Positions 1-13,699 of a stretch of 64,000 nucleotides of DNA are shown piece after piece. The notes beneath the pieces are model-generated. The model saw only the letters and a list, made by a program, of their open reading frames with translations. It was not told the DNA's origin and did no database searches. Position 1 is the first letter of the stretch, and each line of letters begins with the position of its first letter. A program made the translations under genes and the position numbers. Origin of the DNA: Octopus sinensis (Eukaryota). The stretch is taken from the NCBI RefSeq assembly GCF_006345805.1, contig NC_043010.1:9548001-9612000 (forward strand), in the 5' to 3' direction.

Positions 1-453
1 ACATTATCAAAATTAATTTCTTTCTCTAAATAATTAGGTCAGAAACAATTAATTAGCCAACATCAATGTAATCCAGGAGAGTAAATTAAATTAAATCATT
101 ATTACAGGGCCAGATATTGTAAGTATTTTGATTGTCATTAAAAAGCAAGCGTGTCTTAAATAATATATTTACTATACAAAGCCCATTGTTATCACTCTGA
201 AGAGAGAATGACCTTGTGACATGTACCTTGCCATTGTTGCTTGTTTTAGAGATTTATGTAGTTTCAAACAGACATAGACAACCTCTTGACACTTCTGACT
301 CTTGACTCAGCTGGACAACAGGTAGGACGGGGTAGGGGTTAGGGTTGCAGCTGCACTATGTTTGTACACGTTTTCAATTGCATTTGTATTTAAATTAAAT
401 TTAATTTACAAAATTAACCATGAAGGTTGATCCTCGTGATCATGGGCCACATA

Positions 454-1338
454 CAAGGTGGTATCAAAAAGTTACCAGACTAATTCTGTTGCACAACAAC
501 AGATGGCAGCACACAGTTGTATGTGCTGTGAAAGCTAGCAGTGACCTTCATGTGGGAATGTGCCAAAGGACATTCTTGTGTTTACTTCACAAGTTGTGAA
601 ATTTGTGTTTTTCTGATCATGTATATCTTATAGTCTGTGATTTTTGTCATGGACAAGAAATTGAAACAAAGAGCCAACGTGAGATATGGCGTTAAACTTG
701 TATAGTCTGCTGCAGATACATTGAGCATGCTTTGGCAAGCTTATGGCAACAAGGTAATGGGTCATACACTATGTTTCAAGTGGCATGGGCATTTCAGAAA
801 TGAAAGCAGCACAGTCCTGGAAAGCAATAAATGATCTGGATGACCTGCCATGAGCTTCACCCAATTGATGTGGAGAAAATTCCTCGTCTTGTGCCTGAGG
901 ATCATCGGAGGACAATCAACAATGCTTGGAAGTATTTGTGGGAGGACATTTAGTGAAAACAATCAGTTTGGTGAAGACGTGGATTCTTCATGACAATACA
1001 CTCTGTCACTGAGTTCTCCTCACTCGGGAGTTTCCTATCAAAAGCACTTCCACACCTGCCCTATTCACTAGGTTTAGCTCCTGCAGACTTCCATCTCTTC
1101 CCCAAGATGAAACTGCAGCTCAGTCATCGTTTTAACAGTGTTTTTGAGGTCCAGAGTGAATCACAGAAACTCCTCGACTCGCTTAAGAAAAAACAGCTTC
1201 CAAGCCAGATTCTAAATGTGGCAGGAACACTGGGACTGGTGTATTTCTGTGCAAGGTGACTATTTCAAAGTAAATTTGGGTAAAAAAGTTATCTTTTAGT
1301 AATCATAACTAGTCTCGGAAATTTTTGATACCAGCATG
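454..1338 (+). mobile_element. Degenerate, internally deleted mariner transposon with both TIRs
   Basis: Left end ta|caaggtggtatcaaaaagttaccagacta matches the reverse complement of right end tagtctcggaaatttttgataccagcatg|ta, with TA flanks. From ATG 649: MDKKLKQRANVRYGVKLV*SAADTLSMLWQAYG..CFKWHGHFR (mariner HTH). ORF 990-1259 contains HLPYSLGLAPADFHLFPKMK (YSPDLAPxD motif). Stops and frameshifts present. Confidence 0.9.
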
Positions 1339-1429
1339 TACCTCACCCTCTATGCCACAAACTTTCAAGATCAATTCTAGATTAGGCAGCCAATGTGTTA
1401 TTATGCAGTACACTTCATTCCACAATAGT

Positions 1430-1658
1430 CTTTTACTCTTTTACTCTTTTACTTGTTTCAGTCATGTGACTGTGGCCATGCTGGAGCACCGCCTTTAGTC
1501 GATCAAATCGACCCCAGGACTTATTCTTTGAAAGTCTAGTACTTATTTTATTGGTCTCTTTTTTGCTGAACTGCTAAGTTACGGGGACATAAACACACCA
1601 GCATCGGTTGTCAAGCGATGCTGGGGGTGGGGGAACAAACACAGACACACAAACATGC

Positions 1659-1701
<43 letters not shown>

Positions 1702-1868
1702 TACGACGGGCATCTTTCAGTTTCCGTCTACCAAATCCACTCACAAGACTTTGGTCGGCTCGAGGCTATAGTAGAAGACACTTACCCAAGGTGCCATGCA
1801 GTGGGACTGAACCCAGGAACCATGTGGTTTGTAAGCAAGCTACTTATCACACAGCCACTCCTACGCCT
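1430..1868 (-). mobile_element. tRNA-derived SINE, family A
   Basis: Minus-strand head with A box TGGCTGTGTG and B box GGTTCAGTCCC, CORE-like ccttgggcaagtgtc, internal (TA/CA)n, (GAGTAAAA)n tail; about 18 near-identical copies in the window. Confidence 0.85.
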
Positions 1869-1884
1869 GCTCCAGTTTAATCAG

Positions 1885-1919
<35 letters not shown>

Positions 1920-1964
1920 TATCACATACTTGTATGCATATGTATGTATAGATATATATATATA

Positions 1965-2126
1965 TCATCATTATCATCATCGATAGCATCCGTTTTCCAT
2001 GCTGGCATGGGTTGCACGGTTTAACTGAGGCCTGGAGAGCCAGCAGCTGCACCAGGCTCCAATCTGGTCCAGCAGAGTTTCTACTGCTGGATGCCCTTCT
2101 CAACATGAACCGAGAGTGTAGTGGGT
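1965..2126 (-). mobile_element. RTE-LINE 3' UTR terminal fragment
   Basis: Reverse complement of gaagggcatccagc..ccatgccagcatggaaaacgga..(GAT)n; the same tail follows RTE ORF sequence at 14976-15739. Confidence 0.7.
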
Positions 2127-2149
2127 AATATATATATACACACATGTGT

Positions 2150-2180
<31 letters not shown>

Positions 2181-2390
2181 TTTCTAATATATGGATAAAA
2201 TTTTTCTAAAGAAAATTTTATCAGTGGTGAGCATATTAAAATACCTTTTAAGGTGAAAATTATAAACAATTATAAATATTTATAATTGTATATATATTAA
2301 CATAAATAAGGGAAATGTATATAAGATGAAACAAATTGTTGGCATTTTGATGTTTTAATAATTGTTTGTGTTATCTTATATTGTTATATT

Positions 2391-2623
2391 TATTTCTTTA
2401 TTACCCACAAGGGGCTAAACATAGAGGGGACAAACAAGGACAGACAAAGGGATTAAGTTGATTACATCGACCCCCGTGCTTAACTGGTACTTGTTTAATT
2501 GACCCTGAAAGGATGAAAGGCGAAGTCAACCTTGGCGGAATTAGAACTCAGAACGTAATGGCAGATGAAATACCGCTAGGTAGTTCGCCCAGTGTGCTAA
2601 CGGTTCTGCCAGTTCACTGCCTT
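2391..2623 (-). mobile_element. tRNA-derived SINE, family B
   Basis: Reverse complement of the family B sequence at 13464-13699 (gagttcaaattccgccgaggtcgactttgcctttcatcc...). Confidence 0.8.
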
Positions 2624-2671
2624 ATATTGTTATATTATATTCATAGTATATTGGGATATTATGATATAGTT

Positions 2672-2822
2672 TTCTATTCTAAGTGCAAGGCCTGAAATTG
2701 ATTTGGGAGGGGCAAGTTGATTAGATTGACCCCAGTGTGCAACTGGTACTTAATTTATCGACCCCCAAAAGGATGAAAGGAAAATTGACCTTGGCAGATT
2801 TTGAACTCAGAATGTAAAGACA
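2672..2822 (-). mobile_element. SINE family B variant, partial
   Basis: Shares the central domain actggtacttaatttatcgacccc..ggatgaaagg but has a different tail. Confidence 0.65.
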
Positions 2823-2887
2823 GGTTATATTATAATGTAAATAAGTTACTGAATTATTGATTGTACCTCTATTTAATTTTATTTTTG

Positions 2888-2889
<2 letters not shown>

Positions 2890-2927
<38 letters not shown>

Positions 2928-3241
2928 ATGTATATATGCATGCATACATACATATATTGATACATATATATATGTATGAACAATGAATATGCATAAATAC
3001 ATCCAAACATACACACATATACATACTCATACATACATGTAAACATACACATATATGTACATATATGCTTACATACATATGCTCATACATACTTACATAC
3101 CTACCTACCTTCCTACCTACATATATACATATATGCATACATGCATAATATGTACATGAATACATACACGCACACACACTCACACACACACATATGTACA
3201 TACGTATATACATATGTACATACATACACACTTACATATAT
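2890..3241. repeat. (TA)n/(TACA)n compound microsatellite
   Basis: Directly visible. Confidence 0.9.
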
Positions 3242-3382
3242 AATGATGGAAAGAAGGAAGTAATTCATCATTGTATCGCACATCTTGCCTGAATGCATGC
3301 AACAGAGGTCATTAAAAGGAAGTACATGTTCTACAATGAAATTTCAGATAAACAAAGAACAAAATTAAATAATAATGATGAT

Positions 3383-3486
3383 GTGCAGGAGTGGCTGTGT
3401 GGTAAGTAGTTTGTTTACCAACCACATGGTTCCGGGTTCAGTCCCACTGCGTGGCACCTTGGGCAAGTGTCTTCTACTATAGCCTC
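3383..3486 (+). mobile_element. SINE A 5' fragment
   Basis: gcaggagtggctgtgtggtaag...ctactatagcctc, truncated. Confidence 0.8.
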
Positions 3487-3514
3487 CAGAATGGAACCTG
3501 CTGAAGAAACTTAA

Positions 3515-4052
3515 GAGCCACATAGACCTCTGGAGATATGCTGTGACTGCGAAGACCCGGCAAATAAAGTGAGTTCACGGCTGTATCCTACACCAGTTTC
3601 GCATAACCAGCCCCAGCCAATTCAAAAGTACCTTGGCGATGTAGCGTGACCTGCTGTGCTTGAGGAGACCTATTGAGTCAAGTACATCAACATCAAAATA
3701 AAAATCAAATGGAAATTGTAGTTGTGATACCTGTGCCGGTGGCACGTAAAAAGCACCATCCGAAAGTGGATGATGCCAGCGTTGCCTTGACTGGCTTCCA
3801 AGCCGGTGGCATGTAAAAAGCACCAACCGATTGTAGCTGTTGCCGGCCTCCTCTGGCCCCTGGGCCGGTGGCACATAAAAAGCACCTACTACACTCACAG
3901 AGTGGTTGGCATTAGGAAGGGCATCCAGCAGTAGAAACACTGCCAGATCAGAATGGAGCCTGGTGCAGCCTCCTGGCTTCTCAGACCCTGGTTGAGAACC
4001 ATCCAACCCATGCTAGCACCAAAAACGGACGTTAAATGATGATGATGATAGT
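3515..4052 (+). mobile_element. RTE-LINE 3' end (ORF terminus plus 3' UTR)
   Basis: DLWRYAVTAKTRQIK* followed by a UTR with gccggtggcacgtaaaaagcacc units and a (GAT)n tail. Confidence 0.75.
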
Positions 4053-4176
4053 GATGTAAGTCTTATCTACAGATTAAGTCTACCACCCAAAAACAGAGGC
4101 TGTTCCTCACATTGGCTTTTACACTGCTTCTGTTTTCAGATTTCTCTCACAAGGATTTGAATGACCCAAAGATATA

Positions 4177-4522
4177 GTAAAAGGGTAAAGACCCCCTTCG
4201 GTCATGAATGACCATAGAATTGTACCTAGAAAGTTACCCTCTAAGGTACAAGTCGAGTCAAGGCTGTTTATGAAAGAGCAGCAGTTGCCCATGCATACCA
4301 GCCTATACTCTCCATGCCACTGATGTTAGCCAAGGGAAAGCCAAAGGCTGATACAGCTTGGCACCTGTGACGTTGCAACTCATTTCTACAGCTGAGTGAA
4401 CTGGAGCAACATGAAATAAAGTGTCTTGCTCAAGAACCACAACACACGGCTTGGACCGTGAGATTGAATCCAAAACCTCAAGCTTTATGAAGCAAACATC
4501 TTAACCATACAGCCAAGCTTGC
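4177..4522 (-). mobile_element. SINE family D
   Basis: Reverse-complement match to 51190-51530 (catggtcattcatgaccgaagggggtctttac). Confidence 0.7.
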
Positions 4523-4779
4523 ACATTTTAAACACTGCTGACTGCCACTCCGCTTTCTAATGTAATGTTAGCAAACACAGAAAGAATTGTTGAAATTCAT
4601 TATTGAGTTTAATTCAAGAAATATCACAGGAGCTTCCTTGCTTTTAATTCTCATATTCATCCACTTTTAGTTGGCAGCAAATTGTCTGCAACAATCTGAC
4701 TACCATAAGGGTTCCCTCTTGTATAATGAGATTTTCACCGGAAATAGCATAAATACTTGAAGTCATTTGCAATACATAG

Positions 4780-4909
4780 AGATGTATGCATGTTTGTATG
4801 CATGTATCTATGTATGCATCTATGTATGCATGTATGTATATGCATATGTACGTGTGTGTGTGCATATGTATTTATATGTATATGTGTGTGTTTGTGCATA
4901 CATATACAA

Positions 4910-4954
<45 letters not shown>

Positions 4955-5172
4955 AATATATATATATATACACATACACGCACATTCAAATATATATATA
5001 TATATATATATGTACACGCACAACACACACATATATACATATATGTATGTATGTATGTATATATATATATAGAGAGAGAGAGGAAGAGAGTGAGGGAGAC
5101 AGGCAGACAGAGAGATCGATAGATAGATAGACAGACAGACAGACAGGCAGATAGATAGATAGATAGATAGAT

Positions 5173-5209
<37 letters not shown>

Positions 5210-5270
5210 CAGAGGTATTGATATAGATACACAAACATACATACATACATACATACATACATACATACAT

Positions 5271-5302
<32 letters not shown>
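4780..5302. repeat. Compound microsatellite (TA, TACA, GA, GATA)
   Basis: Directly visible. Confidence 0.9.
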
Positions 5303-5303
<1 letters not shown>

Positions 5304-5820
5304 GGAAATGAACTTGTGTCTGCTGCATCATTTATCTCTTATTGCCTTACACTTTATTTTCCTCATTTTCACATTCTTTGTCTTTAGCATAAATATATAC
5401 TCATACTCTGCTACACATTTTATCATAGTCTTCTCTTTTTCTTTCTCTGTTTCTTTCCTTCTTTCATTCTGTCTTTCTTTCTTTCATTCATTCTTTCTTT
5501 CTTTCTCAAGTCGTTCTCTCTGCCTGTCTACCTTTTACACCATTTTATCATACCTCCCACCATTACTTTCTCTGTAAATGTCAAGATGTCATATCTGGAT
5601 GACTTGCACACACAGCCAGTTTATTGATAGTAGTTTGGGAATGAATTACTTCAGTACATCAACCATTACTAAGATAAATGTTTTCCTGTTGATCTAAACT
5701 TTGATTAATATTCACAAGTAATTTTTGACATGAACTGCAAATTATGATAGATGCAGTTGGTTGAACAGATATGTTGCTGGCCAGGTCTACAGACCAAAGA
5801 ACCAATAGCTTGTAGTCTAT

Positions 5821-5970
5821 GAGGGGTTGCTGAAAAGTTCCTGGCTTTGAGTAAAAGAAAATACAAGAGGATCAGTTAATTATGATTCTGTTTAACATAT
5901 TCCCCTCTAAGATTCACGCACTTATTGCAGAGGTCCTTCAGTTTTTCTGAGCTCTGGAAAAGAACTTGGA
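5821..5970 (-). mobile_element. mariner 3' end fragment with TIR
   Basis: TIR-like gaggggttgctgaaaagttcctggc; minus frame LFQSSEKLKDLCNKCVNLRGEYVK resembles the mariner C-terminus (KL..RW.KC..L.GDYVE). Confidence 0.75.
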
Positions 5971-6257
5971 CGGTTGCCAGCGCCGCCTTGGCTGGCTTCC
6001 GTGCCGGTGGCACGTTAAAAGCTCCAACCGATCGTGGCCGATGCCGGACCCCCCCTGGCACCTGTGCAGGTGGCACGTAAAAAGCACCCACTACACTCGC
6101 GGAGTGGTTGGCGTTAGGAAGGGCATCCAGCTGTAGAAATTCTGCCAGATCAGACTGGAGCCTGGTGCAGCCCCTGGCTTCCCAGACCCCGGTCGAACCG
6201 TCCAACCCGTGCTAGCGCAGAAAATGGACATTAAACGATGATGATGATGATGATGAT
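5968..6257 (+). mobile_element. RTE-LINE 3' UTR fragment
   Basis: ggttggcgttaggaagggcatccagctgtag...ttaaacgatgatgat. Confidence 0.75.
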
Positions 6258-6644
6258 ATTATACACATCAAAAGGTGTGCTCTTACAATATGTGTCTATT
6301 GAGCATTGTATTTCGCTTATATTGGGAGAAAACAAGAAGTAGCCAAAAATAAAGATAAAATTGTGAAATTGCAGACCGGCCATGTCCACCATCTCACAAT
6401 TTTCCCTTTAGTTTTGTCTTTATTTATACTTCTTGTTTCCTCCCAAAATAAGCAAATGTATAATGTAAGAGTGTATCATTCAATGCAAGTCTGATGAAGT
6501 GCCATGCAAGTATTTAAAATTGCAAATATTATGCAATTTTCCACACTGATCTTTTGAAGGCCATAATTATAAAAATTGAGTGGTACAGAAACGATTGTAA
6601 CTGGTCATTAAAGATGTGTTAAACTTTTTTTATTTGGATCATAT

Positions 6645-6763
6645 CTATATCTATCTATCTATTATATATACATATACACACACATGTATGTATGTGTATA
6701 TTTATATTTATATGTATATATATATATATATATACATATATATATACACACATATATATACAC

Positions 6764-6812
<49 letters not shown>

Positions 6813-7083
6813 AACACACACATACATATATATATATACACATGCACATTCTTCACTTTTCAAACACATACACACATCATACACATATATTTGTTAAAAT
6901 GAAGAACGACTTTTCTGATAAATATTTTCTACTTTAATGAACGTCTAATTATCACAAGTGGCAAACAATCATAAGAAAAGTATTTTTCTTCACTTTTCCA
7001 AATATGCACTACTGTACCAAGCGTTTTTCTATTTCTATTTCTATTTCTATGATATATATATATGTGTGTGTGTGTGTGTATGC

Positions 7084-7123
<40 letters not shown>

Positions 7124-7134
7124 ATGTATGTATG

Positions 7135-7167
<33 letters not shown>

Positions 7168-7245
7168 ATGTGTGTATATATATATATATACACACACATA
7201 CATATATACATATACATATATATGAATATGTACTTGTGTGTACGT
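6645..7245. repeat. Two (TA)n/(TG)n compound microsatellites
   Basis: Directly visible. Confidence 0.85.
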
Positions 7246-8394
7246 AAGAAATTGTAAACAATAGATATGTATGTGCACAGAGTTTCTCACAGTTTCCATC
7301 TAACAAAGTTTACTCAAAAGGTATTGGTCATCTCAAGACTATTTATTTACAACATTCACTTGCTCTTGGTGCTATGTAGTGGTGAAATAAACTTCATATC
7401 AACACCAGCATGACACACGAATTTGATCTAAAATTTGCAGCTCTTAAAATATAGATCATACTATATAAATGTTAAATGTTATTGTTAACAAAGTTACTGT
7501 ATGAAACATTTAAAAGCTAACTGGGTATAAAAACGAAGCTAGACAAAAAAAAAAAGAAAGAGAGAAAAGAAACAAATGAAATAATTGATAATAGTCAATG
7601 ACAAATGTTTCTTATCCATTTATATCACAAATATTTTATTATAAAACTAAAATGTTAAATTTTCTAATGTATTCTTGGCTTTCTTCTGTCTTTTGATATA
7701 TATATGCATCTGGAATTTTTTACTTTTGTTGAATCTTATGTGTTTATAAATCACTTGAATTAGCTCACAATATATAATTGGCACTTACTTTATTAACTCT
7801 GATGAGACGAAATGCAAAATCTGCCTCTGAAAGATTTTGACTCAAAATCTAAAAGAGCTAATTAAATACAGCATTGTATTTTGACCAACATTGTCAATAC
7901 AGCCATTCATAATCCTTATGTTTATATATATTCAAAAAAGTTTGCATAAATGTGTAAATGTATATTCATATTTTATAGTCAATAATTTTCAAACATTTTA
8001 AATTAATTTTAAAAGATTTTAAATAGACTGAATGTCATAGAAAAATGGCTTTAATTTAGAGAAACAAGCCAAAAGAGTTGGAGAGAGATTTTAGGCATTA
8101 CAAAATAACAATCTACTGTATTAGTTTAAAAGAATGATAAATGTGACAGTGTAAGAATTCTTCTTAATATATTCCAAACAAAAGTCAATATATTTAGCCA
8201 TTACTGAGATGAAAAGTCACACCTTATCACATCTTTACAAAGAGATGAAGTGTATAGTTTGAAAATTTCTGAAAATATTTGCCTTCACTTCCTAACAAAT
8301 GATTTTTATGAGCTCGACTTAAATGAAAAACCAATAAATTATGTCAAACAGGAAGAAAATTAAGTTCCTAATGACGAAAAGGGAGGAGTAAATA

Positions 8395-8878
8395 TTCATT
8401 CCTACTATAGGCACAAGGTCCAAAATTTTGAGGGGAGAGGGCAGTCGATTACATCGACCCCAGTACGCAACTGGTACTTATTTTGTTGACCCTGAAAGGA
8501 TTAAACCAGTGGTGGACTGGGTCTAAAAGTATTGGTTGCCAGGATACTAAGGGGCCTCACTCGCAACAACAATGCTATCATTTAATTTTCTCTTTTTTTG
8601 TTAAAAGTCTACAAACACAGCCAGGCTGAAATAATTAATGCATTCTTCCAGGAGTGAATAAAAAAATTCTCAAATTTGAGGGGATGGGCCCCCATATATG
8701 GATTCTAATGGTGCAGGGGCCTGCTTACCATCAGGTAAGCTGGTAACCTGCCAGTCCACCAGTGGATAAAAGACAAAGCTGATCTCAGCAGAATTTAAAC
8801 TCAGAACATGAAGACAGATGAAACACCACTAAGCATTTCACTTAGTGTGCTAACGAGTCTGCCAGCTCATTGCTTTGG
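8395..8878 (-). mobile_element. SINE B copy interrupted by a MITE
   Basis: Family B sequence stops at gaaaggattaaac (8506) and resumes at gataaaagacaaagct (8765). Confidence 0.75.
8507..8764. mobile_element. hAT-type MITE
   Basis: TIR cagtggtggactgg / ccagtccaccagtg; imperfect 8-bp TSD gattaaac/gataaaag. Confidence 0.7.
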
Positions 8879-8937
8879 ATGATTAAATATTGAAACTTTC
8901 CCCTATTTACTACCAAATATTCCTTCCCAGTGTATGT

Positions 8938-9357
8938 CTCTCTTTACTCTTTACTCTTTTACTCGTTTCAGTCATTTGACTGCGGCCATGCTGGAGCACC
9001 ACCTTTTAGTCGAGCAAATCGACCCCAGGACTTATTCTTTGTAAGCCCAGTACTTATTCTATCGGTCTCTTTTGCCAAACCGCTAAGTGACGGGGACGTA
9101 AACACACCAGCATCGGTTATCAAGCAATGCTAGGGGGACAAACACACACAAACACATACACACATACATATATATATATATATACATATATACGACAGAC
9201 TTCTTTCAGTTTCCGTCTACCAAATCCCCTCACAAGGCATTGGTCGGCCCGGGGCTATAGCAGAAGACACTTGCCCAAGATGCCATACAGTGGGACTGAA
9301 CCCGGAACCATGTGGCTGGTTAGCAAGCTACTTACCACACAGCCACTCCTGTGCCTA
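8938..9357 (-). mobile_element. SINE A, full length
   Basis: Matches the family A sequence end to end. Confidence 0.85.
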
Positions 9358-11908
9358 GTTTCTTTTTTTAAATTTTGTTTTTGTTAAGTAGAAATAATGC
9401 TTGTCTTAGTGAAACAACAACCAGAATAAATTTAACCTAACTCGCAGTTACTCAGCTTATAAAATTTATGCTCATACTATTTTCCGATTGTAACATGTTC
9501 AATCTAAAATAGCAAAATTTATTTCTGTTTACTTGACTAAAAATAAATTCTCTTAAGTGCAAAACTGTATATCTTTTTGAACTAAGAGAAATATTTTCAT
9601 GAAACAAGTATTTATATATTCATGTATTCATGCTTATTTATACTTGTGGATGAGTTAACTGTTTATTCTCTTATTCCTGTTCAGTTTTCCAAAACATCAC
9701 TCAATTATCCATGTTTTTGATCAATATAACTAAAAATTGTAGGCTTTCTCCCCTCTGATCCATCTTCTTCCATGAGTCATTATTGATTACCAGGAGGTTT
9801 CTGTCACTGTTGATGACAATATTTTCCTGAATAAATTACTTTATTTGAAACCACATCAGTTCATGTTTGGAGTGTATTTGTCATATTGCTGTCAATACAT
9901 CTGTATTTGGTCGTCTTCATTTTCGTATTTCCTATTTCATTTCATTTCACTTCGTTTCTTCATCAATAATGGATTGTCTCCAGTAATATTTCAAGCCATG
10001 TTAAACAGACTATTAATCTTATCTTTTAACTATTAAATTTTCAATTAATAGGTTTATGAAATCACAGTAGAGTGAAAAGAAATTACTCTTCTTGGAGCAT
10101 GGAGATTCAGTGAAGAAGCTTACAGTAGTAGTGAAATAGAAACATAAATGATGATGATGATGATGGTGATGACGATGATATAACGATGACGACGACGACG
10201 ACGACAATGACAACAATGATGATAATGGTGCTACAGAAAGAATTGTTCATTGCTTGACTGAATATGGTCATAAGCCAACCTATAAAGATACTATTTTAAC
10301 AAACTGAAATGGTAATCTAAGTCTTGCTACAGTTTAAATAATAGTTTATTTGAATAGTTGATTTAATTCCATCCAAGCTGAATATGTTTGAATGAAATAT
10401 TTGAATTCAAACTCTTATTGAGCTGTTTAAGAGTAAACTTATGTCGCAACTAGCAGCAAAGTAATTATATTAAAGATGAAAAGAAAACGAGAATAAGATG
10501 ACGGAGAGAATAGAGATGGTAAAAATAAGAGATGTCAGGTGATTGGTTTTATCAAATTAAGTAATTATATTTCTTGGGAAATGTTGAATTGGGAAAGTGA
10601 AGAATTGGTCTGCAATAAACAATTGAATTATTTTCCAACACTGTCATTTAATTAGATATTGCTTTTTTTTTTGTTTTGTTTTATTTTATTTTAATTGTTT
10701 ATAATGCCTTTATTTGCTTGGTTTGCTCTGTCTTAATTCTTATACAGTAAATGGTTTGTTTGGTGGAAGCGGCACTATTAGGCAGCATCAAATTTTAGTC
10801 TAGCAGTCATCTAGTGAGGTCTGAAGCCAATATCATTGACACATAATTAGATTGAGTAAACTCCCATCAGACTATAGATGCCAAAAATGTGTGTCAGCAG
10901 ACTTCTTTTCCTCAATTGATTCTGATGGAGATTCTGGAGATAACAAGAAACAGCACTTGTTAAAACATCATTGAGAAAACAACAGTGACAGAAAATAATG
11001 GTCCGTCATTACTTAGATTGGAATCTCTGTCAAAAAGAGCCTTTTGTGTCATTATTTCTTTGACTAATAACTTGTTTCTATGGCTACTTGACTGTTATTT
11101 GTATCTAACGGGCGGGCAGGTAAAAAATCAATAGTTCCAAAATCTTACTTTCTCTTTCGGTTTTGATTCATACTCCTACGAAACCAAATAAAATATAATA
11201 AAACAACAAATAAGAACCGACAAAAACTGCAACGGTAACATTAACAAATTCTAACAATGGTGTTTAAATTAGAAAAGATAATTTCAAACAGTGTTTTTAT
11301 GTACTTTGTTTGCAAAAACAGTTAAACATTAATCAAAGATATTAATTAAAGCAACCATCCTAATCATAGGTTTGTAGAAATTTTCAGAAAAGCTACTTCA
11401 AAATTGCAGTCTTTTTTGCATTGCATAATTGCAGTAATTTAATCTGAAGCTTCTGCCGATAGTAGGATGCATAATAGAGACAAGTTAAAGAACAATACGT
11501 AGGACAATGTTAGGAAGATGCACAGTCTCTACATAAGGAAATGAATCTAAGGTATTTATAGATGTATTCAGAATTCAATGCAAGTTTGTTTTTTTATCTT
11601 TCTTCCTAATCAAAAACTTTCTCAAGCGTTTCATTGGTGTTTGTTTCAGCTATTGTACAATTTTACAGTAGATACGACCAGTAACTCAGAGGTGTTTGCT
11701 TTCTGCAGAAACAGAAATGCAGATAATTGAAAAGATTTAAAGAAGCAAAATAGATAAACAAACACATAAACAGAAAGAGAGCTAAAGAATGTTTTTTTAA
11801 TGTAAAGGAGGAAGAATTGTTTGCACATGTTCAGAAAATATTTGCATGGAATCATGGAATGTATTTAGGGAAAGCAAAGCATTTAAATCAGCAGCATTTT
11901 AGCATCTG

Positions 11909-11971
<63 letters not shown>

Positions 11972-11995
11972 CACACATATATATGTATATATATA

Positions 11996-12036
<41 letters not shown>

Positions 12037-12135
12037 ATGTATATATATGTATATATATATACATACACATATACATATATATATGTGTATATGTATGTAT
12101 ATATATATATACATACACATATATATATATATATA

Positions 12136-12232
<97 letters not shown>

Positions 12233-12245
12233 CATACCTACATAT

Positions 12246-12297
<52 letters not shown>

Positions 12298-12345
12298 ATA
12301 TATATATATATCTATATATATACACATATATATAGACACACATAA
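11909..12345. repeat. Long (TA)n microsatellite
   Basis: Directly visible. Confidence 0.95.
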
Positions 12346-12544
12346 TTGCATGGGTTGGATAGGTTTGCCATGCAGAATATTACTGATTGCCTTGGTTTGT
12401 TGGTTAGTCATCTCTGTTTATTTTCTGAGAAGTTCAGCAAAAGATTGAGTTTATAAACATTTATATTGATGGAGTTATGCACATTGTGTAGTTAGAAATT
12501 ACAAGATTAAATTGATTACTTGTTGACAATGAAAATGCGTATGA

Positions 12545-13088
12545 CATCATCGTTGTTGTTGTTGTTATCAATGTTGCTATCTTCATATTATCATCATCAT
12601 CATAAGCATCAATAGCAGCAACAACCGCAGCAGCAACAATAACAACAGCAACAATAAGACCAGCAACAAGACTAGCATAACCATCTTCATCATCATCATC
12701 ATCACGGTCATCATGCCATCATCATTGTCATTATGATCATAAACATTGGTGTTGTCATCAGTGGTGGTGGTATCACTGTCGTCTTAATCGCATCATCATC
12801 ATCATCATCATCATCATCAACATCATCAACGTCATCATCATCATCATCAACATCATCAACGTCATCACCATCATCATCACTATCTTCATAATCATCATCA
12901 TCATCATCATTATCATCATCATAATCATCATCATCATCACTATCACCACCACCACCACCATCACCATCATCATAATCATCATTATCATCATCACCATCAT
13001 CATAATCATTATCATCATCATCACCACCACCACCACCGTCACCATCATCATAATCATAATCACTATCATCATCATCATCATCATCATC
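12545..13088. repeat. (CAT)n/(CAA)n/(CAC)n trinucleotide region
   Basis: Directly visible. Confidence 0.9.
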
Positions 13089-13239
13089 GAGCAACTCGAC
13101 CCTGGGACTTATTCTTTTGTAAGCCCAGTACTTATTCTATCGGTCTCTTTTGCCGAACCGCTAAGTGACGGGGACGTAAACACACCAGCATTGGTTGTCA
13201 AGCAATGCTAGGGGGACAAACACAGACACACAAACACAT

Positions 13240-13276
<37 letters not shown>

Positions 13277-13448
13277 CATATATACGACAGGCTTCTTTCA
13301 GTTTCCATCTACCAAATCCACTCACAAGGCATTGGTCGGCCCAGGGCTATAGCAGAAGACACTTGCCCAAGATGCCACGCAGTGGGACTGAACCCAGAAC
13401 CATGTGGTTGGTTAGCAAGCTACTTACCACACAGCCACTCCTGCGCCT
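13087..13448 (-). mobile_element. SINE A lacking its 3' tail
   Basis: Family A match. Confidence 0.85.
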
Positions 13449-13463
13449 ATATACAAAATTTAT

Positions 13464-13699
13464 TAAAAGGCGGCAAGCTGGCAGAAACGTTATTACGCCG
13501 GGCGAAATGTGTAGCCGTATTTCGTCTGCCGTTACGTTCTGAGTTCAAATTCCGCCGAGGTCGACTTTGCCTTTCATCCTTTCAGGGTCGATAAATTAAG
13601 TACCAGTTACACACTGGGGTCGATGTAATCGACTTAATCCGTTTGTCTGTCCTTGTTAATCCCCTCTGTGTTTAGCCCCTTGTGGGTAGGAAAGAAATA
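13464..13699 (+). mobile_element. SINE B, full length with TSD
   Basis: Flanked by direct repeat atatacaaaatttat; B-box-like gagttcaaattcc. Confidence 0.85.

Noticed and set aside
7799-7814. CTGATGAGACGAAA as a hammerhead core
   Set aside because: No stem II or stem I; it aligns with the degenerate SINE B central domain (gaccccgaaaggatgaaaggcaaagtc).
12711-13094. Poly-Asp, poly-Met, poly-His and poly-Lys/Glu ORFs here and at 37501-38661, 43456-43897 and 58175-58844
   Set aside because: Translations of trinucleotide microsatellites, open in several frames on both strands, with no exon evidence.
13195-13594. Recurrent ORFs MSSNARGTNTDT.../MLGGQTQT...
   Set aside because: Antisense reading frames of SINE A with variable frameshifts; not a gene family.
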